Position numbers and translations under genes: made by a program. Source: Antedon mediterranea (Eukaryota > Animalia > Echinodermata). From it: a stretch of 64,000 nucleotides of DNA. Location of the stretch: assembly GCF_964355755.1 (NCBI RefSeq), contig NC_092676.1, forward strand, positions 16,448,871-16,512,870, read 5' to 3'. Of this stretch, positions 52,401-61,500 are shown piece after piece. Below the pieces are notes generated by a model, which did not search any database, had not been told where the DNA came from, and worked only from the letters and a program-made list of their open reading frames with translations. How positions within the stretch are numbered: position 1 is the first letter of the stretch; each line of letters opens with the position of its first letter.

Positions 52401-55400
52401 TTTTGTAGTCTTTCCTATGCTATAGAGCCCTAGTTTTTGTGCATGTTTTTTCCCAGCCGCTATTTTATCAATCGAATGTTTTAGTTATTAAAAATAAACA
52501 ATTACATCTATGGAGAAAATAAAAACACTGTACCACACTGTAAATGAAAAACTGGAGGTGTAGTGACAGACTGTATTACTGCAATTGTTAAAATTAATTG
52601 TTAAAAATATGTATGTTGAAATATGAAATTGATGTTTTATATTGAATTATTATTTGTCGAAAATGCAGCAATAGAGTCTTCAAGAAATCTTCAATTCGTT
52701 TAGATTCTCAGCACTGTCTACACAGTACATTAAATTGTGTACATTTATTTGATTCATTTTCATTTATTTTTTACTTTCATTAAATTGCCTTGAAAATTGA
52801 AAGGCTTATTTATCAAAAAAGGTCAATATTTACTTTTGTTGATATATTTGGTATATATATAGTATGACAATGCCGTGTGTTACTGTACATAATCATTAAT
52901 GTTGTTTTCACCTTTAACCTTAGGTGCCTGACCTAGCAATGGATGACCTTTTGATGTACTCAAATGCAAGATGGCTGAATTGCCAAGATGACATTGGAAA
53001 AGTGAAAAAGGGCAAAGAACCTGAAGTTATTATATTTGGTATGCAATTAGTCAATCTCTCAAACTCTTTTCTTAATTGTTCATTTTGATAATTATAATTA
53101 TCATCATCAATCATCTCATAATGGACGAGGTTGCCATTCCCTTAGATGTACAAACACCAAAGTGCACACAAGTCAGATATGTACACTGGACCTCCGGTTT
53201 AAGTCTTTATAAAAATGACTTGTTCTTACCACTATGGTTGAGGAGTGCTTTGAAACAGTACCGATAATAGTTTGCACCACCCTGCCTTAACCGGTCAGCC
53301 ACTCTACTTGACTTGATAACACTTAAATATGTTGATATAAAATTTGCGGAACACCACGTATATATACAGTAGTTCTAAAAAGTTGAAATGTTGTGTTTCT
53401 CAACATTTCAATCAACATACCTGGATCATCCATTCTCACTTCTGCGGATGATCCGCATATATTGATCAAAATGTCTTTTCAGAACCATATATGTGATGCG
53501 CAAACTTATATCAACATAATATGGATTTCGCTATGCAAACCTTCAAACAATATTTTAACATTTAAAAAATCACTAATTATTTGTTGTTTTTTTATTTAGT
53601 GTTCCGACCAGCTATTGTTATAATTTATAAGGAGAAAAACAAGCGTAGGAGTAAGTATCCAGATAAATCAACTGGAACCTTGAAAGCTCACACGACTGAG
53701 GATATACGATTCAAATGGATGATTCCGGTTGCTTATTTACAAGTGAGAGAAAGTACTGTAAATGGTAAGTGTCTTAATTAACTTGTTTCATTCTCTCGTT
53801 TCTTAATCCATGGCCCTCAGTCTGTTTAGTAGGAATGCTTGGAAGGTTTTTATACATCAAATTGCAACTTTTGTATCAAATGATACTTTTTACCTCATAT
53901 AATGTTCGCAATCAATTAAAGGCCAATTTTCACAGACAAGCGGTAACGGTAACCAGAAGAAAAAAAATATAGAATGTTATTTTGAACAGGCAGTATCTCC
54001 TCAGGATAGATTAGATTCTTGCCTTCCGCTCGTCTGTGTAAATTGGCCTTCAGGATCATTTTGAGAAGTCGGACAACAAAAAATCATATAGTAATTGGAA
54101 AATTCAGATATAGATTTTTCACTAAATACAATATTTCCAAAATGCAGTTCACGTAATAAAAGCAAAAAATGTATTACATGTATGATTTATTATTGCAGAC
54201 ACAGAGTACCTAAGTCTATGGGAACTGGTTCACATAAAATCAGTTGGATGTCCAGAAAAACACTTCCAATTCTCTTGCTGGTATGTCAACTATAGTTACG
54301 AATTACTATATTATTTTCAAAGTTGAATTCTAATACAATTGTAATAAAGAATAAACAATTAAATTTCTAAAATAAATATTACTTAATTTTTAATAATATA
54401 AGAAAATCATTGATAGCGGATTTCTGGAAGATAAATGATCTTGTACATTAGTCTTGTGAAAAAAGCAAAAACAGAAAGAGCAAAGCCAAAAACAGTATTC
54501 TTAACTTCAGTTAGTACTGGTGTGCATTTTTTAAAGTTTTCATCTACTGTAGCTTGTTTTAGAATTTGGAACTAAAAATATAAATAAGATATTGAGATCT
54601 TCTTAATCCTACAAGAGGAATAGAATAATTATTGCTATTTTAAAAATTACCTTTTTTTTCCATATTTTTTTTTGCAGTACACTGGCCAAAAAGACGGCGT
54701 TTGTCAAATCTTTGAGAAGCATAGTCAAAGAGTATAATCGTGGAAAAGCACTACCTGGTGGACGCTACAACTCACTTAAGAAAAAGAAAGTCTATCAACC
54801 AATCACAGGAAGGACACCAAGGAGAAAACCTTTGGTAATTGATAGTACAGATAGCCCATCAAATAAAGACCATGGTGAGGAAGGGTCACAAGCCAGCGAT
54901 AAGTCGAGCGATGGCAGTTCACAGGTCAGCTCCATGCGGTCTGAGGAACCAATTGATTATGAGAAAATCTTAGAGAATGAATTAGAACTCGGTCACTATA
55001 ATGAACAAGGAATTCATGCATTACCACTAAATTTTAACTCCAACAATAACATTATGCACACTAGCCATATGAACGATGCTCAACCATTTTATTTGAGTCC
55101 AGAGAAACAAACAACGGCAACAACTGTTGACCAGAATTCCAAAGACAATGAAACAACTCAATTTGAAGCCCTTTTAAGAGTGTTTGAAACTGCTTCCAAG
55201 GACAGACGTGTGAAACCAAGTGTTCCACAATACAACACATTTCCAACGAAACGCAATGTGACACGTATGCATAGCGATGAACTTCTTGAAGATGATAGAA
55301 AAACAGTTACAAGCCTTAACCAAGGCCTTGATGCATTAGGGTTAGAATCCACATTGAATGGCCTGCCAGGGCCTATACTTGATGTACCGCCTGTTTCTAA

Positions 55401-55518
55401 AACATTATCTGGATCAACCTATGACAATCTATGTGATCAGGATGAAAACACCATTGATACAAGTTTGCAATACAAATCAAATAATCATAACAATTCTTGT
55501 AGTGAAGATAGTAAATAG
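1500..55518 (+). CDS. TIAM1: TIAM1/TIAM2/Still life-family Rac1 guanine nucleotide exchange factor, whole spliced model (27 coding exons, ~1742 aa)
   Basis: All exons join in frame over GT-AG introns. Recognisable motifs are WH1 ([17 protein letters not shown]), PHn ([48 protein letters not shown]), CC-Ex ([26 protein letters not shown]), RBD, PDZ ([12 protein letters not shown]), DH ([35 protein letters not shown]) and PHc. Confidence 0.93.
1868..1950 (+). CDS. Candidate alternative first coding exon B ([27 protein letters not shown])
   Basis: ATG at 1868, 27 codons plus 2 nt, strong donor CAG|GTAAGC, phase 2 compatible with exon 5019 or 9561. Confidence 0.4.
5019..5051 (+). CDS. TIAM1: TIAM/SIF 33-nt micro-exon ([10 protein letters not shown])
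   Basis: Polypyrimidine tract plus TAG acceptor, GTGAGT donor, symmetric phase 2-2, open frame. Confidence 0.6.
7139..7431 (+). mobile_element. 5'-truncated tRNA-derived SINE with Deu/Nin-like core and (TCAA)n tail
   Basis: B-box-like GGTTCGAGG. Core ..CGGATAAGGACTATAAACCGTAGGTCC..GAGTAGGGGGTTACCCCGGTGT resembles the recalled Deu domain. 11-bp TSD AACATTTGGTT at 7128-7138 and 7432-7442. Confidence 0.8.
9561..9739 (+). CDS. TIAM1: TIAM/SIF exon, WH1/EVH1 domain N-part ([32 protein letters not shown]...)
   Basis: ttttacag acceptor and GTGGGT donor. Resembles the recalled Drosophila SIF type-1 WH1 (RLWAEVFHV..KWQQVSEDLVPVNITCI). Confidence 0.85.
14112..14191 (-). pseudogene. tRNA-derived sequence (SINE head or tRNA pseudogene)
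   Basis: Minus strand has A box TGGTCTAATGG and B box GGTTCAAATC. No canonical anticodon arm was resolved. Confidence 0.55.
14572..15450. repeat. Minisatellite, 18 units of 47 or 52 bp
   Basis: Unit TGACAACATACT(CG/GG/GA)TGTGGGCTCAGCTGGTAACTATA[CTGTA]GATGCTCAGA, head-to-tail, no spacers. Confidence 0.97.
16533..16654 (+). CDS. TIAM1: TIAM/SIF exon, WH1 C-part ([41 protein letters not shown])
   Basis: Classic EVH1 F.QW.D....WGLNF.S..EA..F motif. Phase 1 in, phase 0 out. Confidence 0.92.
19591..19776. repeat. Long imperfect palindrome, probably the end of a non-autonomous DNA element spanning ~18835-19782
   Basis: Stem 19612-19677 / 19692-19756 plus outer ACAGATATTG/CAATATCTGT. Upstream 37-bp direct repeat at ~18928 and ~18999. 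Region is CpG-rich. Confidence 0.8.
21700..22125. repeat. Diverged ~90-bp tandem repeat (~4.5 copies)
   Basis: ctgagcatgctca..aacat.aacatgcgcagaatgtctgtt..atagctgcata..gcgtagatgta recurring at about 21715, 21808, 21897, 21991 and 22077. Confidence 0.9.
25305..27134 (+). mobile_element. Non-autonomous Helentron/Helitron2-type element (HINE/DINE-1-like)
   Basis: Sub-terminal IRs ACCTCCGCC (25308) and GGCGGAGGT (27099), 5' stem CCTCC..GGAGG, (GTTT)n microsatellite, 3' hairpin CACTCtcgGAGTG, CTAG-TT end, T-rich flanks, internal tandem array. Confidence 0.82.
26141..26520. repeat. 85-bp tandem repeat (~4.5 copies) inside the HINE
   Basis: CCACGTGTAT starts at 26141, 26226, 26311, 26396 and 26481. 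Confidence 0.95.
28076..29023 (+). CDS. TIAM1: TIAM large Ser-rich disordered exon (948 nt)
   Basis: ORF 28070..29029, long pyrimidine tract plus CAG, donor GAG|GTATAG, phase 0-0. Confidence 0.9.
29566..29672 (+). CDS. TIAM1: TIAM exon, acidic linker and start of PHn (..GATRKAG)
   Basis: CAG acceptor, GTAAG donor, phase 0-2. Confidence 0.9.
31470..31552 (+). CDS. TIAM1: TIAM PHn exon ([27 protein letters not shown])
   Basis: TIAM PH motif, phase 2-1. Confidence 0.92.
31655..31815 (+). mobile_element. Degraded copy of the same SINE
   Basis: ggtggtag..ggataaggat..gtccagtgtacacatctggctcgtgtg matches 7190-7270. Confidence 0.65.
31972..32058 (+). CDS. TIAM1: TIAM PHn exon ([29 protein letters not shown])
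   Basis: CAG/GTAAG boundaries, phase 1-1. Confidence 0.92.
33283..33420. repeat. Short element made of direct and inverted CTAGAAAACTCAGAT motifs
   Basis: Four direct copies and one inverted copy (ATCTGAGTTTTCTAG), bounded by GGGT..ACCC. Confidence 0.7.
34338..34435 (+). CDS. TIAM1: TIAM PHn exon ([32 protein letters not shown])
   Basis: Very close to the recalled [24 protein letters not shown] motif, phase 1-0. Confidence 0.95.
35358..35401 (-). ncRNA. Mirror copy of the hammerhead ribozyme motif (left arm)
   Basis: Reverse complement of 36447-36490. Confidence 0.8.
35411..35930 (-). pseudogene. Truncated PLE ORF: GIY-YIG endonuclease (left arm)
   Basis: ORF track 35411..35989. Native-looking [11 protein letters not shown] start of the fragment. 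Confidence 0.9.
35931..36437 (+). pseudogene. Truncated PLE ORF: RT-EN linker end plus GIY-YIG endonuclease (right arm)
   Basis: ORF track 35838..36437. No RT domain and no native start. Confidence 0.9.
36447..36490 (+). ncRNA. Minimal type I hammerhead ribozyme motif in the PLE pLTR
   Basis: GCAA-CTGAAGA-A-GTC A AGCT gac AGCT A GAC-GAAA-CTG-TC^-TTGC: stem I GCAA/TTGC, core CUGANGA and GAAA, stem II, very short stem III, GUC cleavage triplet ending at 36486. Confidence 0.82.
37218..37361 (+). CDS. TIAM1: TIAM exon, end of PHn and start of coiled coil ([35 protein letters not shown]...)
   Basis: [12 protein letters not shown] motif, phase 0-0. Confidence 0.93.
38769..38849 (+). CDS. TIAM1: TIAM coiled-coil exon ([27 protein letters not shown])
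   Basis: KMKKM.E.QL motif, CAG/GTAAT boundaries. Confidence 0.92.
40228..40476 (+). CDS. TIAM1: TIAM CC-Ex exon ([34 protein letters not shown]...)
   Basis: Conserved Ex-domain motif, phase 0-0. Confidence 0.95.
41217..41302 (+). CDS. TIAM1: TIAM linker exon ([18 protein letters not shown]...)
   Basis: tgcag/GTAAGT boundaries, phase 0-2. Confidence 0.8.
43690..43759 (+). CDS. TIAM1: TIAM linker exon ([23 protein letters not shown])
   Basis: tacag/GTAAGT boundaries. Phase 2-0 restores the frame. Confidence 0.78.
45168..45313. mobile_element. Tc1/mariner-pogo-type MITE (CAGTAGAAC..GTTTCTACTG, TA flank). Related degenerate copies near 17065, 34117, 42365 and 45020
   Basis: CAG..CTG termini and internal AGGGGACA / TGTCCCCT motifs. 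Confidence 0.6.
45502..45654 (+). CDS. TIAM1: TIAM RBD exon 1 (..[29 protein letters not shown])
   Basis: Raf-like RBD motif LPD....T.KPG.TV.D.L, phase 0-0. Confidence 0.92.
46209..46313 (+). CDS. TIAM1: TIAM RBD exon 2 ([14 protein letters not shown]...)
   Basis: TAG/GTGAGT boundaries, open frame. Confidence 0.88.
46441..46519 (+). CDS. TIAM1: TIAM exon, RBD end and PDZ start ([19 protein letters not shown]...)
   Basis: cgcag/GTAAG boundaries, phase 0-1. Confidence 0.88.
46882..46983 (+). CDS. TIAM1: TIAM PDZ exon ([34 protein letters not shown])
   Basis: FGFS carboxylate-binding loop formed across the splice junction, phase 1-1. Confidence 0.9.
47310..47830 (+). mobile_element. 3' end of a CR1/L2-group non-LTR retrotransposon
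   Basis: ORF 47415..47666 (MYQY..NLLP..F..HNYSTR...G..IWNNL...IK....L..FK..LK) is typical of the ORF2 C-terminus. T-rich 3' UTR and (GATT)n tail. Confidence 0.75.
47904..48161 (+). CDS. TIAM1: TIAM PDZ C-part exon ([34 protein letters not shown])
   Basis: PDZ GD.L..ING motif and SIF-like CPPPP..L.VPAP. Confidence 0.93.
48430..48809 (+). CDS. TIAM1: TIAM exon, start of DH domain ([20 protein letters not shown])
   Basis: DH CR1 motif. The AAG acceptor is weak, so the 5' boundary is less sure. GTAAGT donor. Confidence 0.88.
49176..49301 (+). CDS. TIAM1: TIAM DH exon ([25 protein letters not shown]...)
   Basis: LFGN motif, phase 0-0. Confidence 0.93.
49339..49497. mobile_element. MITE with CAGTGGCGTAAC/GTTACGCCAC termini (hAT-like)
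   Basis: Terminal inverted repeat of about 11 bp. No clean 8-bp TSD. Confidence 0.5.
50356..50562 (+). CDS. TIAM1: TIAM DH exon (..[42 protein letters not shown])
   Basis: Diagnostic TIAM DH sequence. Confidence 0.96.
50886..51086 (+). CDS. TIAM1: TIAM DH exon ([28 protein letters not shown])
   Basis: DH CR3 and C-terminal helix motif. Confidence 0.95.
52924..53038 (+). CDS. TIAM1: TIAM PHc exon ([19 protein letters not shown]...)
   Basis: DL.M.DLL...WLN motif, phase 0-1. Confidence 0.92.
53150..53305 (-). mobile_element. Degraded copy of the same SINE, antisense
   Basis: aaagtgcacac..gtacactggacct..cggttt..cttgttc.taccac is the reverse complement of the SINE core. Confidence 0.65.
53600..53764 (+). 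CDS. TIAM1: TIAM PHc exon ([28 protein letters not shown])
   Basis: VFK.AVV.VYK / IP...LQVR-like motif, phase 1-1. Confidence 0.92.
53919..54050. mobile_element. MITE with ~25-bp TIRs
   Basis: AAGGCCAATTTTCACAGACAAGCGG / CCGCTCGTCTGTGTAAATTGGCCTT. Confidence 0.7.
54199..54280 (+). CDS. TIAM1: TIAM PHc exon ([21 protein letters not shown])
   Basis: WELVH.KS..PE..F motif, phase 1-2. Confidence 0.92.
54678..55518 (+). CDS. TIAM1: TIAM last coding exon (PHc end and disordered C-terminus), stop TAG
   Basis: tgcag acceptor, in frame with ORF 54712..55518. Confidence 0.9.
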
Positions 55519-58342
55519 TGTACAATCAATTTAGTTTGGTACAGACATTTTAGAGTTGAAAGATGTAGTCTATAATATTGAACTGTTGCAATGTTTAAAT
55601 TATTATTATAGGTTATCTCACCAAATTGGGAACTCATCTCGCCCTATGAATTGCCTCAATTGTAACCCCAAGTTCGTGGTAAAACCATTTCTGTTTCATT
55701 TACAACATGTTTCACCTCCCTGTGGCAAAAACCACAAAGCCTAAATACAAAAAAAAAGATTGTATAAATGACAATAAAATGCATTTTACAATGGAATTAG
55801 TATTTTCATATCAATTTGTGTTAAATAAATTGATTAAAAAAAATTAACCCAAAAAATATCATTGGACTTTATTCTATGAATACATTCACCTATACAATTT
55901 ACCAGTACATTCTTAATCAAAAAGTACTAACTTTTTTGTTGTAAATGATTGTAAACCTGTTTTAAATTATTGAATACTCAGTTTGTAACTTTTGATATGA
56001 AAGGCATTTGATAGACGTGATCATTATTAAAGAAACCTCTAAAAATGCCATTAGAAACAAATTTATAATACTATTACGAAATTATGAACGCAAATATCTT
56101 TCAATACTTTTTATAGCCAACAGGAATTTAATAATGTGTATGTTGTCATTTTGTATATTAAATATTTGAATTCTTGCCAGAAAATTAATGTTGAGATACA
56201 TCTATTTAATATGTGAATATGATAATTTCATTAAAAAGTTAGGTCTGTAAAATAGATTATATGGTTCTAAATTTGATCTCGAATCAAAACATTTTTTTTT
56301 TTTTTTTTGCATTTTTGAGACAAAAATCTTGCGATATTTTAATTAACTGTCTTTTTCACATAGCTGAACTTTCTGTAGTGTTAATGATTAGGCCGAACAG
56401 GATCTAGGACTAGCTTGGCTGTCACATACTTATAACATGTCAACTCTTAGTTGATGCAACATATTTGCAGATGTGATTAAAATCTGCTTAAGAAAGATGA
56501 AAGTAACCAAATCATCTAGTAGGCTACTGTAGGCCTAAATCTATCTTTTCTTTTACTTACAAATCTTGGCTATGGCCTTGCCAAATCCTAAACCAATATG
56601 TTGAGAAGTGATGACAAGAACCGTATAATATATTTTCTCTGGCCTAATAGCCAATACAATTATTACCAAAATGGCTGTCTTTTTGGACAATGATTTTAAT
56701 AAACTTTAATTTATAACTGCATGGAACATAATATCGTGGTAATATAATTTATATATATTTAATTTAATATTGTATGCGATTGTGTGCATTACTATTTACA
56801 ATATACTGCTTATCGTTTGTTCCTCTTAAAACAAGAACTTTAGACATTTTTCTGTTATTTCTTTCCCAAAGTATTATAAAAAAATAAATTTACAGTAAAA
56901 CAATGTGCCTGTATTTTCCATTAGAAATTCCAGTTTACATTCTTCTGTGGAATTACTGTACATTGACTCATCAATTTAAATATTAAATTAATATAGATTA
57001 TACTCTTGTTTGGTATTATATAATTGATTGTTAAGTAATGTAATTTAATATAATAAAGCTAATAATATATACATTTATAAGATTACATTGGAAAATAGTA
57101 CTATATTCTCTATTAAGGCCTAGAATAATAAACAGTAATTATTTAAATAAATGGCTATATATTAAGATATGTAAACCATTGGCTGCCTGATAAGATGTTA
57201 AAGGTCACCAACATCTGTTATCTTCTAGTTATTCTTGTATACTGTAACTTATTTCTGCAATATTTTTTGTTCAAATTGCTATTCCGCTATGAAATTTACA
57301 ACACAGCCAAATTAAGTGGGTCTACTCCCTATAGTGCTTTGTACCCACTCTGCCTGAGGTCCCTTGTTGTAGGGATCTCTACAGCGGCAGTCCAATGATG
57401 GAGCCCTTAGGCATTTTTAGCTATTTTCGATATCCGGGCCCATTAGCTGGGTTTAGCACTCGTAACCATTACACCACTAAAGACAGTGATACGCCAGTAT
57501 TTCACAAGTTTTTTCACTAACATAGAGTCTTGAGGAAGCCTATATCTATTCTGGAGTTTAACCGTTTAGGTAATATTCTCATTGAAATTGTACTATGGGT
57601 AATCAGATCTACTTCCCTTGCCACTTCCCTGTCCTTGTCCCGAGATATGTGCCAAATTTGGTGAGTCTTCCATTTTGTATGTTATTTTCAGATCTTAAAG
57701 TGTACTATACAATGATGAGTGTATTTAGATTACAATTGTTGTTATTATATATTGTATAATTATTAGCCATACTTGTTTCTTCATGTTATTGGGTATGATG
57801 AGACTTTTATATCTTTATAGAAATTAGCCAAACACTTTTATCTACATTGTATAAATTATATCATACACATTTTACTAGAGTTAAATTAAATGGCTTATAA
57901 AACTGGTGAATTAAATTGTATATAGAGCACTGTTAACAAAATATGCAATAGAAAAGGGAGTTTCTTTACACTTTACAATTTTTATTTCAAATGCTGTCTT
58001 TCATTGATGCCTGCATTTTCTTATATGTTTATTTTGTTTATAAAAAACATTGAAATATGAATTAGTTATTTTATACATTTACGATGAAGACCATATTATC
58101 TATTTAGTGAGTTTGTGCAGTGTTATTTATTTTATGTTATAATATTATATGTTTTTATTTGTAAGTTTGATTATGTCTTGGATGTACTTTGTAACCCAAT
58201 TAAATTCAGCTTTGGCTTATGGTTCATGTCGTCTTTAAAGAGTACATTTTCTTTACAAGTAAAATCGTTTTTGTTGAAAGTCAAGTACATGTACAGAAGT
58301 GAGTTGAAGTCTGTGTAGTAAAGTAATCAACACTTACTTCAT

Positions 58343-58460
58343 TGGCAGGGTTATGTGGCCAACTCACTCCATTGTTCTGGTGGTAGAACAAATTTAATTG
58401 GGTAAGGACTTCAAACCAGAGGTCCAGTGTCCATCATTCGCCTGAGTATTCTTTCAAGAA
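58343..58460 (+). mobile_element. Degraded copy of the same SINE
   Basis: ctcactccattgttctggtggtagaac..taaggac..aaacc..aggtccagtgt. Confidence 0.65.
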
Positions 58461-58744
58461 GTTAGGTAGTCATAAATAGAAAATTAACTCTGCCACAGAC
58501 ATGATGTGACCCTTACACTATATAAATGATTCATATCAATGAGTTGACTCTTCTAGTTCAGTCAGTGACCATATTCTCCAATTACATTATAGATTCACTC
58601 AAAAATGCTAGCCTACAGTACTTAAAATATGAAAATGTTCCTATTTAAGTGATTCAAAGGAAAATCCATAACTTTATTTTAATATTATTGGAATCTCACT
58701 GCAACAGAACAGCATTATACAAAAAATATACACACAACTATATA

Positions 58745-59098
58745 TTATTCTTTATTCATGTAAGAGTTGAGTTTCCATACATAATGAGCAAAAAGTGGAA
58801 ATGTATTTGAAATATGCAGAAGTGAAGATTCCAATTGTTCTTTTATAGTTTCCGCAACGTCACCTTTAATATGTTGCCACGTTTCCGAAAGAGATAATAA
58901 TTCTTCTAGTATTTCAAAAGCGTTGCATCCATTCTCATACTGAGCAGTGTTCAATTCGCACTGTTTGTTTGTGTGTTGCCGGAGCATTTCAGACAATTTA
59001 ACAATCTGGTGAGTGAGCAATTTTAAAGTTGGAATTAACAGCGACTTTACCTGGCATAGCCTCACTACTTGTGCTATAATACTCTGCTGAAGTTGACA
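58745..59098 (-). CDS. MEI4: MEI4-like coding exon 3 (ends ..HISNTFPLFAHYVWKLNSYMNKE*)
   Basis: Acceptor ctcttcaacag, C-terminal FPLF..Y.W motif recalled for MEI4. AATAAA lies ~70 nt past the stop. Confidence 0.82.
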   Translation of the reverse strand, partial: CQLQQSIIAQVVRLCQVKSLLIPTLKLLTHQIVKLSEMLRQHTNKQCELNTAQYENGCNAFEILEELLSLSETWQHIKGDVAETIKEQLESSLLHISNTFPLFAHYVWKLNSYMNKE

Positions 59099-59183
59099 CT
59101 GTTGAAGAGATTAAAAATACAAAATTATTTTGGGTGTTGAGGATTGCGTATCTTAGAGTGACAATGATGTATATAATTCTTAC

Positions 59184-59593
59184 TGGTCTGTAATGAGCTC
59201 CAATCAACGCCCTCTTTAGCAATCCCTGTACCAGCCTCCAGCAGTTCCTTTCAAGATTCTTTTCACCATCGTCATTTGATTTTGAATCGATAACATGTAG
59301 CACACCCTCAATACCCCAGTTTACATCCTTTGATGGAATAGATTCAATGTTCTCAAGAAGGTGGTCTACCACAGAGTTCAATGAACTTTCAAGAATATCC
59401 AATGCTTCCTTTGTTTGAAAAAATGGACAAGATTTGTTGTGATTGTGCAGACACGTTGTGTAATGAAGGAATCGGATGTTCCTGTTGAATTCCTGAGAGA
59501 CCTCATCATCGTCATCTCTCACCAATGCTTCTGATGAACATGGTGGTGTTAGGAAGTTGTCCAAGGTACTTGCCATTATTTCATTTCCATCAT
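59184..59593 (-). CDS. MEI4: MEI4-like coding exon 2
   Basis: Part of ORF 58998..59576. TAG acceptor (tandem AAGTAG), donor CCA|GTAAG, phase 1-0. Confidence 0.8.
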
Positions 59594-59677
59594 CTACTTA
59601 AAAAAAATGAATTAATTATGAAAAATCTGAATTAAAAACTTCCCACACCACCACAAAAAAACTTAAACTATTATTAC

Positions 59678-59936
59678 CTGATTTATTTGATTTGATTTTT
59701 TCTTCTGCTTTTACTCTAAAAAGTTCTTGTTTTGCTGTTAATAGTTCGGTTTTAAGTCGCTTAGCTTCAATTTTCCAGCTTCGCTCTCTGTTATGTATTG
59801 TTTCTCTTAGTTCTTTAGCATATTCTTCTGCTGGCATGTCATTAGGTTTGTTCTTTACTACCGCTACTGCAACAGCAAGTTTTACTCTTTTTATGTAATT
59901 CAAATCATTAGGGTTTATTGATGTAGGCATATCCAT
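59678..59936 (-). CDS. MEI4: MEI4-like meiotic double-strand-break factor, coding exon 1
   Basis: KLAVAVAVVKNKP...AEEYAKEL....ERSWK resembles the recalled MEI4 N-terminal KLALALAIIRSKP..SREYTEHL..KW motif. Donor CAG|GTAAT. Confidence 0.85.
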
Positions 59937-60133
59937 GATTTTAATATGCCTCGCCTAAATCTTGAATGACTGAAAGAAAATTGGATCGTACTGTAAAACC
60001 TCTTGGTCTGCGAAACTAATCTGGTTAGGGTTCCGGCACAGGAACTCAACTGCTCGTCGTAACGGATTCTGACAGACCCTATTGCTGAAAAGATCAGGCC
60101 TTCGGCCATCTAAACATATTTTCGTGCTATGGA

Positions 60134-60525
60134 AGCCATCTTGCAGAGATGAAAAAACAGTAGTGAATAACCGAGCATAACCAACAAAAATAACATAGAA
60201 TTTTTAGGGGATTCAGGACACAATTTTAATTAAATAATCTTAACTCCTGAACAAAGGATCGTATGAGAAACACTGGGTTTTTTTTCAATGAATTTTAAGC
60301 AGTGACAACAATTTTTCTAATTTTTTTCAATCACACAGTGATGTAGGCCAATCTTTTAAGAACATTTTCACATTGTTTTTTTTTCTCATACGATCCTCCG
60401 TTCAAGAGTTACGATTTTTAATTTAAAATTGTGTCCTGAAATTCCCTAAAAACGCCATGTTATTTCTGTTGGTTACGCTTTCTTCGTTACACGGCATTGT
60501 TTGTCATCGCGGATCGAAGATGTCG
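60134..60525. mobile_element. Fold-back element with long imperfect inverted arms upstream of MEI4
   Basis: 60179-60270 pairs with 60383-60474 (aaccaaca.aaataacat..ttcaggacacaattttaa..aggatcgtatgagaaa). Weaker pairing extends to ~60134/60525. Confidence 0.8.
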
Positions 60526-60759
60526 TTTTGTAAAAAAGGCGTATTGGCTGCCAGCCAAGGGATTTTTGGTTGAATTTAACCAATTATTTTGTCATTTTAT
60601 AAGTGAAAATGATATATTTTCAGTATTTTTTTCTATGGAAGGGATTAAATTATTAAAACTACAAAATAACCTAGCCTATTCAAATCAAAGTCTGATTTAA
60701 TTAATTTCATTTTTCATGATTTTTTACAATACATCTTTAAAAAAGGCTAGACGAGACCA

Positions 60760-61260
60760 TGCACACTACTACTACTAGCTCCGCTAGCCTTAGCCTACTA
60801 TCTAGACCTGGATTCTCCTAGGCTATATAGATAGGCCTGGGTAGGCCTATCTAGAGTAGGCTCCTAGCTAGGCCTATACGTGTAAGCTAGGCCTAGCTTT
60901 TTAGTAGGCCTCATACTCATACTCCATAGGCTAGGCTAGTAGTAGTAGAAAGAAGCCGCCTGCTGGCTACACTAAATAAAAGTTAGGGCGGATCCTATCG
61001 CCTAAACTAAGCCTAGGCTAGCCTCCTTTTCTACCTAAATAGTAGGCCTAGAGAGGGCATAGGTCTAGAACCACGTAGGATACACCAACTTTAGGCACTA
61101 TACCTAGGCCTAATAATATGAAGTAGGGTCTAGGCCTAGGCCTAAACTACATACTGTCCGATGATTGTGTGTACAATCGACCATGATTGTACGTACGTAC
61201 CGCGGCCGCGCCGCGTGTTTACCGTCGCCTTATCGTCTCACACTTAATCGACGTCTGTAG
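60760..61260. promoter_or_regulatory. TAGGCCTA/TAGCCTA-rich, CpG-containing intergenic region between divergent genes (candidate promoter or open chromatin)
   Basis: Dense TAGGCCTA variants and a CpG cluster (ccgcggccgcgccgcg at ~61200). Lies between MEI4 (-) and the gene at 63277 (+). Confidence 0.45.
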
Positions 61261-61365
61261 GGAAGAGTCTACAGAACTTTTTATAAAGCCGTATTGGTAA
61301 TCAAAGATACGCTATCTTTGGTAATAATATACGTTTTTTTAATAGAGTGCTAGCTGTATTTGATG

Positions 61366-61500
61366 TTTGCCACCCAACCTTTTGCCACCTTAACTAGGCC
61401 TTTTGCCACCAGCTAGCCTAGACCATTTGCCACCACGGCCATTTTCCACCGGTCATCTGTGTGTGCCACCCGTCCTGTTGCCACCTAGGTCCGTTCCACC
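61366..61500. repeat. Cluster of (TTT)GCCACC motifs, about 8 copies
   Basis: ttgccacc repeated with 14-20 nt spacing, resembling sub-terminal transposon repeats. Confidence 0.65.
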
